Positions 18,471 to 27,173 of a stretch of 64,000 nt of DNA are shown here, one piece after another. Origin of the DNA: Myxococcota bacterium (GTDB lineage: Bacteria; Myxococcota_A; UBA796; UBA2385). Each line of letters begins with the position of its first letter. Position 1 is the first letter of the stretch. Made by a program: the position numbers and the translations under genes. The stretch spans positions 416,001 to 480,000 of the forward strand of contig JBIJDH010000002.1 of NCBI GenBank assembly GCA_044344255.1. The letters are read 5' to 3'. The notes below the pieces were generated by a model. It made no database searches. It was not told the DNA's origin and saw only the letters and a list, made by a program, of their open reading frames with translations.

Positions 18471-19442
18471 ATGTGCCGCCTCTTCGGTTTCCGCTCCAAA
18501 GTGCTCAGCCGTACGCACCGTTCGCTGGTGGTGGCCGAGAATGCGCTCGCGCAACAGGCGGCCCACCACGCGGACGGCTGGGGCATCGGCTACTACCAGG
18601 GGGACGATGCCTACGTCCTCAAGAGCGAGGCCGGCGCCTGTGGCGACGAGCGCTTCGAGCGGGTGACCGAGCGGCTTCGCTCCCAGACCTTCGTGGTGCA
18701 CGTCCGCCGCGCGACCGTCGGCGCGCCCGACTACTTCAACTCCCACCCCTTCCGGCACGGGCTGTGGGTCTTCGCGCACAACGGCACCATCTGGGACTTC
18801 GAGCGTCTGCGGCCGCGGCTGCTCGCCGCGATCCGCCCCGATCTGGCGGACATGATCTTCGGCTCGACCGACTCCGAGCACGTGTTCTTCTACCTCCTGT
18901 CGGCCCTCGATCGGGCCGGGGTGGCCGAGGGCGGGCGAGGTGAGGTCGACGTCCTCCGGGCAGCCGAGGCGCTGAGGGCGGCGGTGGGGGAGCTCTACCG
19001 TTGGGCCCAAGAAGAGGACCTCCATCCTCCGCTGTTGAACTTCATTCTTACGAACGGCGAGGCCTTCTTTGCGCAGCGGGCGGGCCTCGAGCTCTACCTC
19101 GCCACCCAGAAGGTCTTTTGCCGCGATCAGGCCACCTGCCGCGAGGCGATCAAGGTCTGCCTCGACGTCGCCCGTCCGCTGGAGGTCCTCCGCCAGGGGA
19201 GGGCGTCGCGGCTCCCCTTCCGGAAGGTCAACCACCTGCTCGTGGCCACCGAGCCGATGGGCGACGAGGACATCTGGGAGGAGGTCCCCGAGGGCATGTT
19301 GCTCGCCATGGGCCCTGAGTTCGCGCTCTACGCCTTGCCTGCCGCCGAGGGCTTCAGCCTCTGCGCGAGCCCGCCTGCGCCGGCGCCCTCGTCGCGCTCC
19401 CGCACGCGCCGCGCGCCGCTCCCCGCGGCCCCCTCGCGCTAG
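18471..19442 (+). CDS. Class II glutamine amidotransferase family protein (YafJ/EgtC-like Ntn hydrolase)
   Basis: MCRLFG, DGWGIGYY, HVRRATVG, NSHPF, FAHNGTI, GSTDSE, VATEP. Confidence 0.9.
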   Translation: MCRLFGFRSKVLSRTHRSLVVAENALAQQAAHHADGWGIGYYQGDDAYVLKSEAGACGDERFERVTERLRSQTFVVHVRRATVGAPDYFNSHPFRHGLWVFAHNGTIWDFERLRPRLLAAIRPDLADMIFGSTDSEHVFFYLLSALDRAGVAEGGRGEVDVLRAAEALRAAVGELYRWAQEEDLHPPLLNFILTNGEAFFAQRAGLELYLATQKVFCRDQATCREAIKVCLDVARPLEVLRQGRASRLPFRKVNHLLVATEPMGDEDIWEEVPEGMLLAMGPEFALYALPAAEGFSLCASPPAPAPSSRSRTRRAPLPAAPSR

Positions 19443-19443
19443 C

Positions 19444-20223
19444 GTGCCTCAGCGCCTCTTCGTCGATGGCGCGCTCGTCGAGGCCATCCCCCTCGGGGCC
19501 GACGACCCTGGCTCTCCCTCCGGCCTCAGCGTCTTCGAGACGATGCGCGTCCGCGACGGGCGGGCCTTCCGCCTGGAGGCGCACCTCGCGCGCCTCGCGG
19601 ATGGGGCGGCGCGGCTCGGCCTCCCGGCCCCCCCGACCCGCCTGCTCGAGGCGGAGCTCCGGCAGGTGATGTCGGAGGCTCCGGAGGGCGATCATCGGCT
19701 CCGACTCACGCTCACCGGCGGCGGGCGGCGGATCCTCCAGCTCGAGCCGCTGGTCCTCCACGCAGCCCCGCTTCGGCTGGCCTCCAGGGTCTGGGAGGCC
19801 CCCCCCTGGCCGCCGGCGGACTGCAAGCACGGCCTCCGGGCCGAGCTCCGCCTCGCCCTCGTCGCCGCAGGCGTCGACGAGCTCGTCCGGCTGGATCGCG
19901 AGGGGTGGCTGATTGAAGGCACCTGGAGCAACGTCTGGGTCGAGGTCGAGGGTGAGCTTCGGACCCCGCCCCTGGACGGGGGGCTGCTCCCAGGGGTGAC
20001 GCGGGCGGCTTTGTTGGAGCTCGGGCGTGCGGCGGGCCTGCCAGTGGCAGAGCGCGCCACGCATCGGCGCGCGCCGATGGCCGCGCTCTATGTCTCCTCG
20101 GCGCTCCGCGGCCTCGTGTCGGTGGCCTCGCTCGACGGGGAGGCGCTCCCCGGAGACGGTCCGATCGGCGCGGCGCTACGCGGTCGGTTGGAGGCCGCGC
20201 GCCTTCGAGAGGCCACGGGATGA
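19444..20223 (+). CDS. PLP-dependent aminotransferase class IV (PabC/IlvE-like)
   Basis: VFETMRV, LEAHLARL, CKH (candidate PLP lysine), IEGTWSNV, LLPGVTR. GTG start 1 nt after the upstream stop. Confidence 0.85.
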   Translation: MPQRLFVDGALVEAIPLGADDPGSPSGLSVFETMRVRDGRAFRLEAHLARLADGAARLGLPAPPTRLLEAELRQVMSEAPEGDHRLRLTLTGGGRRILQLEPLVLHAAPLRLASRVWEAPPWPPADCKHGLRAELRLALVAAGVDELVRLDREGWLIEGTWSNVWVEVEGELRTPPLDGGLLPGVTRAALLELGRAAGLPVAERATHRRAPMAALYVSSALRGLVSVASLDGEALPGDGPIGAALRGRLEAARLREATG

Positions 20224-20227
20224 GCGG

Positions 20228-20626
20228 TCAGCCCAAGCGCTGGTAGGAGTCCCAGTACTCGAACCGCCCCTCGGTGCCGTCGACCACGGTGTGCACGGTG
20301 AGCGCGTCTCCATCGATGTCGAAGCGGCGGGTGACGCGGGCCTCATCGAGGTGGAGCTCTTGGACCAGGCGCTCGCCCGCGAGGTCGAGCCAGCTCTCCG
20401 AGCGCTCGCTCAGCCGCAGCCCGTCGTCGAGCAACACCCGGTCTTCGACAGGGATGAGCTCAATCTGCTCCCCGAGGGGCGCCGGGCGGGCGGCGGGTGA
20501 CTCCGCTCGGACGCGGGACCAGAGCCCCGCCACACCCTCTTCCTCGCGGTCGTCATCGGCCAGCGCGGCCGGACCCAAGAGGCCGAAGGCCGCCGCGACG
20601 ATCATGGGGTTCACACGGAGCTGCAT
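20228..20626 (-). CDS. Small secreted protein, possible calycin (lipocalin/FABP-like) fold
   Basis: Signal peptide ending ALA, GLW motif near the mature N-terminus, C-terminal TRRFDIDGDALTVHTVV...YQR. AGGAAGG SD. Confidence 0.6.
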   Translation of the reverse strand: MQLRVNPMIVAAAFGLLGPAALADDDREEEGVAGLWSRVRAESPAARPAPLGEQIELIPVEDRVLLDDGLRLSERSESWLDLAGERLVQELHLDEARVTRRFDIDGDALTVHTVVDGTEGRFEYWDSYQRLG

Positions 20627-20837
20627 GTTGCCTTCCTAATCACTTCCAGCGCGGAGGGGAGCCCGCCCGCCCGGCGCTGAGACACGCCGGCGACCGATTC
20701 AACTCCCCGCTCCTCGGACCCGGACGATCCGGCTCTCCTCGCCCGCCGCCGCCGCGGTTGGCGGGGAGAGCAGAGATGAATCCGGATGTTCCGTCTGGAC
20801 GGTGGGGTTAACCCAAGCCCCTCTCCGCGGAAGTGCG

Positions 20838-21965
20838 ATGCGCCATCTCGTGCCCCCCAGTGTGCTCCTGTTGGCCTCCGGCACCGTGCTCCTGCTGGCC
20901 TTCGGCGCCTGCGCCCACGCGCGGCCCAAGAAGGTGGAGGTGGATCCGGCCTCCGCCCCCATCCTCCCGGCGCCGGAGGCGCGAGACTACGCCACTGGGG
21001 ACTCCTCCCCCCGCGATCCGCTCGTGCGCGCCCTCGTGCAGGGCGCGGAGCTGCCCTGGGATGAGGCACTCTCGGGCGCGGCGACGACCCTGGCGCTCGA
21101 CCCCGCCCGCGACATCGAGCTCGGGCTGGCCCGTCAAGCGGCGGTTCGTGCGGGCTATCCGTACCCGGTGGTGCGCGTGCTTGCGGGTGAGCTGGCCGCC
21201 GGTGAGCCCCCCGTCGAGCTCGAGACCGCCATCCCGCAGCTCCTCCAGAAGGGCGACCAGGTCGGCGTCGTGCGCGCGCGGATGTCGAACGGGGACCGCT
21301 GGGTGGTGCTCGTCGGCCGGCCCCGCATGCGGCTCGAGCCCTTCCCCCGGGAGATCGGCGAGGGCGGCACCCTCCGCGTCCGTGGTGATCGGCCGGGCAC
21401 CTTCACCCTCGTGTCTCCCACTGGGCGCATCGAGCGCGGCGCGCTCCCCCTCCAACAGCGGCTGGACGAGGTCGGCGAGTGGTGGGTCGAGCTGCGCGGC
21501 GCCGGCCCGGATCGGCCGCTGGTGTCGGCCATCCCGGTCTATGTGGGCATCCCCACGCCCCCCGCGGCCGTGATCGAGCTCCCCGGCGAGGCCGCCCGCG
21601 GCCCCGGCGAGGCGGTCGAGATCGCCTCCGAGCTGCTCGACGATCTGCGCGGCACCTTTGGGCTGCCCAAGCTCCAGCCGGATCGCATCCTCGAGCGCCT
21701 CGCTGACCTCCCGCTCGAGCAGGCCGTGCGCGGGGAGTGGAGCCGCGAGGTCGGCGAGGAGCGGATGCGCGGCGCCGGCTTCACGGGGGGTCCCCTCGCC
21801 CAGCTCGCCTGCTCGGCCCCGACGGTCGCCGCTTGCCTCGATCAGCTCTTCACCACGACCGAGGGGCGAGCCGCCCTGCTCGACCCGAAGCTCCGCCTCG
21901 TCGGCGCGGCGGCGCAGGTGGAGACCCGCGGCCTGACGCTCATCCTGAACCTGGTCTCCGAGTGA
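20838..21965 (+). CDS. Lipoprotein with degenerate CAP (SCP) domain
   Basis: Lipobox FGAC. C-terminal LDDLRGTFGLPKLQPDRILERLA...RAALLDPKLRLVG resembles CAP but lacks the conserved His residues. Paralogous to the next gene. Confidence 0.65.
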   Translation: MRHLVPPSVLLLASGTVLLLAFGACAHARPKKVEVDPASAPILPAPEARDYATGDSSPRDPLVRALVQGAELPWDEALSGAATTLALDPARDIELGLARQAAVRAGYPYPVVRVLAGELAAGEPPVELETAIPQLLQKGDQVGVVRARMSNGDRWVVLVGRPRMRLEPFPREIGEGGTLRVRGDRPGTFTLVSPTGRIERGALPLQQRLDEVGEWWVELRGAGPDRPLVSAIPVYVGIPTPPAAVIELPGEAARGPGEAVEIASELLDDLRGTFGLPKLQPDRILERLADLPLEQAVRGEWSREVGEERMRGAGFTGGPLAQLACSAPTVAACLDQLFTTTEGRAALLDPKLRLVGAAAQVETRGLTLILNLVSE

Positions 21966-21986
21966 GGCTTGACTCCGAGTGAGGCT
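21956..21986 (+). repeat. 14-bp direct repeat CTCCGAGTGAGGCT x2 spanning the stop codon
   Basis: Copies at 21956-21969 and 21973-21986. Confidence 0.85.
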
Positions 21987-21995
21987 CAGTCACCC

Positions 21996-23189
21996 ATGAG
22001 GGGCATCCTTCCGGCGCTCCTGGGGATTTCGCTCTGGGGCGGGGCCTGCGCGCCGCGCTTGAGCTCGCCGCCGGCCGAGACCGCGCCCGAGGTGCGCTAC
22101 CGGCCCGCTCCCCCCCCCGACGCCGCCGCCTTGTCGCTCGTTCAGGCCATCCCGGGCGGACAGTGGGACGCCGGGCTGGCCGGCGCGGTCGGGGAGCTGC
22201 TCGCGCTCTCCACCTCCCGCACGAGCCTGCTCGACCCCGCCACCACCGCGCTGGTCACTGCGCGGGCCGGCTTCCCCGGCGTGGCGCGCTACGCCCGGCG
22301 CTTGAACGGCGGGGCCTTCCCGAACGAGCTCCTGGACGAGGTGGCCGCGTCGGCCGCGGGGGCGCCGGTCGACCTCGCCATCGGCAAGCGCAGCTGGGGT
22401 GACGGCACGGCGCTCTGGATCCTCGGCGTCGCCCCTCACCGCGCCGAGCTCGATCCGCTGCCCCTCCAGATCGCCCTCGATGACTCCGTCTCGGTGCGCG
22501 TGGAGCCTGTCGAGGCCGCCGAGCTCCGCCTCTTCCTCGCGCCACCCGACGGCCCCGTCGAAGAGATCGCCCTCAGCAGCCGCTTCACGGCCCCCCTCGA
22601 TCGGTTCCACACCCCGGGCGCCTACCGAGTCGAGGTGGTCGCGCGTCGCCGCGGGCGCTCGGAGCTGCTCCTGCTCTGGACCGTCTTCGTCGAGGAGCCG
22701 CCCCCCGCTCCGGCCCCGCTCCGGCCGCTCTCCGCGCTGCCGCCCCCCGATCCGGCCGCCGCCGAGCGCCAGCTCTACGCCGATCTGAACGCCCTCCGCG
22801 CCGCGCACGGGCTGCGGCCGGTGAGCCGCTTCCCCCTCTTCGAGCGGCTGGCCCGCGAGCACTCGGCGACGATGGCGGCGACCGGGGTGGTCGACCACAT
22901 CATCCCCGGCTCGACCGAGGGGGTGGCCCGACGGGCCGAGGACTTCGCCCACCCCGCGGGCGTGCTGCACGAGGACGTCGCCGCCGCGCTCAGCGCCGCC
23001 CAGGCGATGGACCTCGTCCAGGGCTCTCCCGGCCACCTCGCGGCCCTGCTCTGCGCCGCCTGCACCCACGCCTCGATCGGCGTCGCCCTGGAGCCCGTGC
23101 TCGACCGCCCGCCCCGCCTCTTCGTGACCTGGGAGGTGATGGAGTTCCCCCAGGGCGAGCCGCACGCCATCGACCACTTCAACCGATAG
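21996..23189 (+). CDS. CAP (SCP) domain lipoprotein
   Basis: Lipobox GGAC; LNALRAAHGL, LAREHSATMA...DH, EDVA, SPGHLAALL, SIGVA. Confidence 0.78.
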   Translation: MRGILPALLGISLWGGACAPRLSSPPAETAPEVRYRPAPPPDAAALSLVQAIPGGQWDAGLAGAVGELLALSTSRTSLLDPATTALVTARAGFPGVARYARRLNGGAFPNELLDEVAASAAGAPVDLAIGKRSWGDGTALWILGVAPHRAELDPLPLQIALDDSVSVRVEPVEAAELRLFLAPPDGPVEEIALSSRFTAPLDRFHTPGAYRVEVVARRRGRSELLLLWTVFVEEPPPAPAPLRPLSALPPPDPAAAERQLYADLNALRAAHGLRPVSRFPLFERLAREHSATMAATGVVDHIIPGSTEGVARRAEDFAHPAGVLHEDVAAALSAAQAMDLVQGSPGHLAALLCAACTHASIGVALEPVLDRPPRLFVTWEVMEFPQGEPHAIDHFNR

Positions 23190-23242
23190 GGTTGGGCCCC
23201 TACGGGGTAGCGGGCGCGAGTGGTTGGGCTAAGTCGGCCCCG

Positions 23243-24595
23243 ATGCGCGTCCTCCTGGTCCAAGCCTTCACCGCACTCGACATGGAGCTGGTCTACCCGA
23301 TCGGCCTCGCGATGCTGGCGGCCCACCTCGACGGCCACACCGTCGCCATCTTTGACCTCAACACCCACAAGGCGCAGCCCTGGGCCGATCTCGAGGCCGA
23401 GCTCCTCCGTTTTTGTCCGGACGTGGTCGGCATCTCCCTCCGCAACATGAAGGTGGGGATGCCCGGCTATCAGGGCGACGACTTCGGGCCCCAGCAGGCC
23501 ACGATCGAGGTGATCAAGCGCGTCCGCCCGGGGATCAAGGTCGTCGCGGGCGGCACCGCCTTCAGCCTCTACGCGGAGGCGATGATGCGCCGGGTGCCGG
23601 CGATCGACGTCGGCGTCTGGGGCGAGGCCGAGCACCGCTTCGCCGCCCTGCTCGACCGCCTGGATCGCCCCTGGGAGGTGCCGGGCGTCTATTGGCGGGA
23701 GGGCGACCGCGTCGTCTACACCGGCGCGCCGCCGCCGGTCGATTTTCCCGCCCTGCGCCCGCCTCGCCGGGAGCTCGTCGATCACGCGCCTTACGCGGCG
23801 AGCTCCTTCGTCAGCGTCGGCCTCCAGAGCAAGCGGGGCTGCGCGCTGCGCTGCGTACACTGTTCAGACACCTTCCTCCTCGGCCACAACGTGCGGATGC
23901 GCACCCCGCGCGCCGTGGTCGACGAGATGAGCGAGCTCGTCTCTGAGCACAAGGTCAACCAGCTCTTCTTCTGTGACCAGATCTTCAACATCCCCGTCGC
24001 GCACGCGATCGACATCTGTAAGGAGATCGTCGATCGGGGCCTGGAGGTGCGCTGGAGCGCCTGGCTGAACGAGCACCGGAAGACGCTGCCCGACGAGCTC
24101 CTCGTCTGGATGAAGCGGGCCGGCTGCGGGCTCCTCAGCTTCTCTCCCGATCATGTTGATGACCGGATGCTGAAGAACCTCGACAAGAACTTCCGTTACG
24201 TGGACATGCTCTACACCGTCCAGGCGGCGAAGAAGCACCACATGGACGTGGAGTACAGCTTCTTCCTCAACAGCCCGGGGGAGGATCTGCAGAGCCTGCT
24301 GCGCATCCTCCGCTTCCTTGCCCACGCGCGGCTGGAGCTCGGCCCGCAGCTCCGCATGTTCACGCTGCTGCTGCTGCAGCCGATCCGCATCTACCCCCAC
24401 ACCCGCCTCGCCGAGATGGCCCGCCGGACAGGGCTCGTCCCCGAAGATCACGACCTCATCGAGGGGATGTACTGGAACCCAGGCGGGCTCGCCCACGTGG
24501 TGCGGGGGATCCAGCGGGGCGCCGGGGCGGCCTGGCAGGTGCGGAAGAAGGTGCAGGCCCTCCGGGGCACCTCCACCGCCACCGTCGATCGATAG
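23243..24595 (+). CDS. Cobalamin-binding radical SAM protein
   Basis: N-terminal B12 domain (YPIGLAMLAA, PDVVGISLRN, VAGG, GEAE) plus SKRGCALRCVHC (CxxxCxxC) and VVDE...FFCDQIFN. Confidence 0.92.
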   Translation: MRVLLVQAFTALDMELVYPIGLAMLAAHLDGHTVAIFDLNTHKAQPWADLEAELLRFCPDVVGISLRNMKVGMPGYQGDDFGPQQATIEVIKRVRPGIKVVAGGTAFSLYAEAMMRRVPAIDVGVWGEAEHRFAALLDRLDRPWEVPGVYWREGDRVVYTGAPPPVDFPALRPPRRELVDHAPYAASSFVSVGLQSKRGCALRCVHCSDTFLLGHNVRMRTPRAVVDEMSELVSEHKVNQLFFCDQIFNIPVAHAIDICKEIVDRGLEVRWSAWLNEHRKTLPDELLVWMKRAGCGLLSFSPDHVDDRMLKNLDKNFRYVDMLYTVQAAKKHHMDVEYSFFLNSPGEDLQSLLRILRFLAHARLELGPQLRMFTLLLLQPIRIYPHTRLAEMARRTGLVPEDHDLIEGMYWNPGGLAHVVRGIQRGAGAAWQVRKKVQALRGTSTATVDR

Positions 24596-24604
24596 GGCGA
24601 CCGC

Positions 24605-25327
24605 GTGGACAGAGGACTGCGCTTTGAGGCGGTGCGTTTCGGTTGGGAGGGGGAGGCGCCTCTGCTCGATGGCTTCGACCTCACGCTCGACGCGGGAGCG
24701 GTCACCGCCATCGTCGGCCCGAGCGGCTCCGGAAAGTCGACGCTGCTGCGCCTCGCCGCCGGCCTGGCCCGGCCCTCCGTCGGACGGGTGTCGGGCGGGG
24801 AGGGAGAGCGGGCCTTCGTCTTCCAAGCCCCCACCCTGCTCGCCTGGCGAACCGTCGCCGAGAACGTGGGCCTGCCGCTCGAGCTCCGCGGGGTGCGGCC
24901 GGCCGACCGGCGCGGCCCGGTGGCCGAGGCCCTACGCGCCGTGGGCCTCGCGGCCGACGGTGATCGGCTGCCACACGCGCTCTCCGGGGGGATGCAGATG
25001 CGAGCCTCCCTCGCCCGCGCCCTCGTGCTGCGGCCGGGACTCCTCCTGCTGGACGAGCCCTTCGCCGCCCTCGACGCGATCACCCGGGTGGGGATCCGGG
25101 AGGCCTTCGAGGCGGCCTGGACCGCCGCCGAGGCCACCGTGCTGCTGGTCACACACGACCTCGATGAGGCCGTGCTGCTCGCCGATCGGGTGGTGGTGGT
25201 GGGCGGGCGGCCGCTCCGCGTCCTCGACTCCTTCGCCGTGCCCTTGCCCCGGCCACGTGGCCGCGCCCTCCGCTACGATCCACGCCTGGAGCGCCTCGTC
25301 GCCGCGGTTGAGGCGGCGCTGCCATGA
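24605..25327 (+). CDS. ABC transporter ATP-binding protein (TauB/SsuB/ThiZ-like)
   Basis: GPSGSGKST, VFQAPTLLAWRT, LSGGMQMR, LLLDEPFAALD, VTHD. Confidence 0.93.
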   Translation: MDRGLRFEAVRFGWEGEAPLLDGFDLTLDAGAVTAIVGPSGSGKSTLLRLAAGLARPSVGRVSGGEGERAFVFQAPTLLAWRTVAENVGLPLELRGVRPADRRGPVAEALRAVGLAADGDRLPHALSGGMQMRASLARALVLRPGLLLLDEPFAALDAITRVGIREAFEAAWTAAEATVLLVTHDLDEAVLLADRVVVVGGRPLRVLDSFAVPLPRPRGRALRYDPRLERLVAAVEAALP

Positions 25328-26088
25328 GCCGCGCCCGCACCCTCGCTCCCCCCGTCCTGGCCGCGGCGCTGGGCCTCGCCGCCTGGGCCGCCCTCTCGGC
25401 CCGCCTGCCAGCGGCGCTGCTGCCGTCCCCGGGCGAGGTGCTCGCGGCCGCGGGGGCGAGCGCAGGCGCGCTGCTGCGGGCCTCCGCCGAGACGGCCGCC
25501 TCCGCCCTGCTCGGCCTCGCCCTCGCCTGGGGCTTGGGCCTCGGCGCGGCGGTGAGCTTCCTCCGCTGGCGCCCCCTCGAGGCGGCCCTCTACCCCTACG
25601 CGCTGCTGGTCCAGACCATGCCCGTGGTGGCCATCGCCCCGCTTCTCGTCGTCTGGCTCGGCTACGGCCGGCCGGTCGCCGTGGTGACCACCGCCATCGT
25701 CTGCTTCTTCCCGGTGCTCACCGCCGCGCATGTCGGGCTCCGCTCCACAGCGGCGACCGAGCTCGAGCTCTTCGCACTCTATGGGGCCAGCTGGCTCCAA
25801 GAGCTGCGCCTGCTGCGCCTCCCTGCGGCCCTGCCCTACCTGTTCGGCGGGCTGCGCACGACGGGCGGCCTCGCGATCATCGGCGCCATCGTGGGGGAGC
25901 TCGTCGGCTCGAACGGGTCGCCGCCGAGCCTCGGCTTCCTCGTGCTGCGGGCCGCCCGCTCGGCGGACACCGGCTTATCCTTCGCCGCTATCTTCTCCGC
26001 CGCGGCGCTGGCGCTCGGCCTCTTCGGGCTCGTCCGATGGGCCGAGCGGCGGCTGATCGGCGCCTGGTTTGGACGAGGTCCACGATGA
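25324..26088 (+). CDS. ABC transporter permease (TauC/SsuC/ThiX-like)
   Basis: LPSPGEV, QTMPVVAIAPLLVVWLGYG, RLPAALPYLFGGLR, GAIVGE. ATGA coupling. Confidence 0.92.
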   Translation: MSRARTLAPPVLAAALGLAAWAALSARLPAALLPSPGEVLAAAGASAGALLRASAETAASALLGLALAWGLGLGAAVSFLRWRPLEAALYPYALLVQTMPVVAIAPLLVVWLGYGRPVAVVTTAIVCFFPVLTAAHVGLRSTAATELELFALYGASWLQELRLLRLPAALPYLFGGLRTTGGLAIIGAIVGELVGSNGSPPSLGFLVLRAARSADTGLSFAAIFSAAALALGLFGLVRWAERRLIGAWFGRGPR

Positions 26089-27146
26089 GCAACACCACCC
26101 CTCGATCCCGGGCGAGCGCCTCCTGCGCCGGCCTCCTGCTCCTCCTCGCCGCGTGCGGGGGCGAAGGCGCGAAGCCGGGCGAGGGCGCCGAGCCGCTCGC
26201 CGATCCGGCACCCAAGCTCGACCTCGTCAAGGTCCGCCTCGCGCTCAACTGGTACCCCGAGCCCGAGTTCGGCGGCTTCTACGAGGGGGTGCTCGGCGGG
26301 CACTACGCGCGGGAGGGCTTTGACGTCGAGATCATCCCCGGCGGCCCGGGCGCCCCCAGCCTCGAGCTGCTCGGCACCGGCCGGGCCGAGGCCGCGATCA
26401 CCGCGGCGGACGATCTCCTCGTCAAGCGCGGCAAGGGGATCCAGGCCATCGGCGCCTGGCCGGCCTTCCAGGACAACCCGATGGGCCTGCTGGTGCACGG
26501 CGACAGCGGGATCAAGACCTACGCCGACCTCGGCAAGACGCCGGGCCAGCAGCTCGCCCTCGAGGTGGGCGGCCCCTTCCAGATCTTCCTCTGGGGCAAG
26601 TACGCGCTCGAGGGCAAGGTGGAGCTGGTGCCCACGGGCGGCACCGTCGGCGCCTTCCTCGCCAACCCGAAGCTCGCCCAGCAGGGCTACATCACCTCCG
26701 AGCCCTGCGTCGCCCGCGGCCAAGGCGCCCAGGTCGACTTCCTCGCCTCGGCCGAGGCCGGCTGGAACCCCTACGGGACGCTGCTCGCCTTCGCCGATCC
26801 GCCGCCGCCTTGGGCCGAGGCCTTCGTCGCCGCCACCCAGGCCGGCTGGGACTCCTACCTCGCGTCGCCCGACCAAGCGAACCGCGAGATCGCAAGGTTG
26901 AACGACCAGATGAAGCCCGAGCTCCTCGCCTGCATCGTCGCCGCCCAGCGGCCTTACCTCACCGGGAAGGACGGCCTCGGCGCGATGTCGGAGGCGCGCT
27001 GGGAGGACACCGCAGCCGGCCTCGTGAGCGTGGGCCTGCTCCCCGCCGGGTCCTCGGCGAAGGGAGCCTGGCGCAGCTTCCAGGCCCGCGGCAAGCTCAC
27101 CGAGCCACCGGTCGGCCCGCCGCCCCCGGAGGCGCCGGGGCGCTGA
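26085..27146 (+). CDS. ABC substrate-binding lipoprotein, NMT1/THI5 (ThiY-like) family
   Basis: Lipobox LAAC; LALNWYPEPEFGGFY...GFDVEIIPGGP; GYITSEP; GWNPY. The true start is ATG 26085 inside the longer track ORF. Confidence 0.88.
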   Translation: MSNTTPRSRASASCAGLLLLLAACGGEGAKPGEGAEPLADPAPKLDLVKVRLALNWYPEPEFGGFYEGVLGGHYAREGFDVEIIPGGPGAPSLELLGTGRAEAAITAADDLLVKRGKGIQAIGAWPAFQDNPMGLLVHGDSGIKTYADLGKTPGQQLALEVGGPFQIFLWGKYALEGKVELVPTGGTVGAFLANPKLAQQGYITSEPCVARGQGAQVDFLASAEAGWNPYGTLLAFADPPPPWAEAFVAATQAGWDSYLASPDQANREIARLNDQMKPELLACIVAAQRPYLTGKDGLGAMSEARWEDTAAGLVSVGLLPAGSSAKGAWRSFQARGKLTEPPVGPPPPEAPGR

Positions 27147-27173
27147 GGGCGCGACGCGGGCTCCGGCGAAGCC

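Noticed and set aside
20660..20700. CTGAGA in a hairpin as a possible TPP riboswitch for the THI5-type ABC transporter
   Set aside because: Lacks the downstream CCTGA..GG.TAAT.CC.GCG core and lies about 4 kb from the transporter.
24318..27146. 942-aa ORF suggesting a large fusion protein
   Set aside because: Only the part from ATG 26085 is a recognisable binding protein. The rest is an off-frame overlap of the ATPase and permease.
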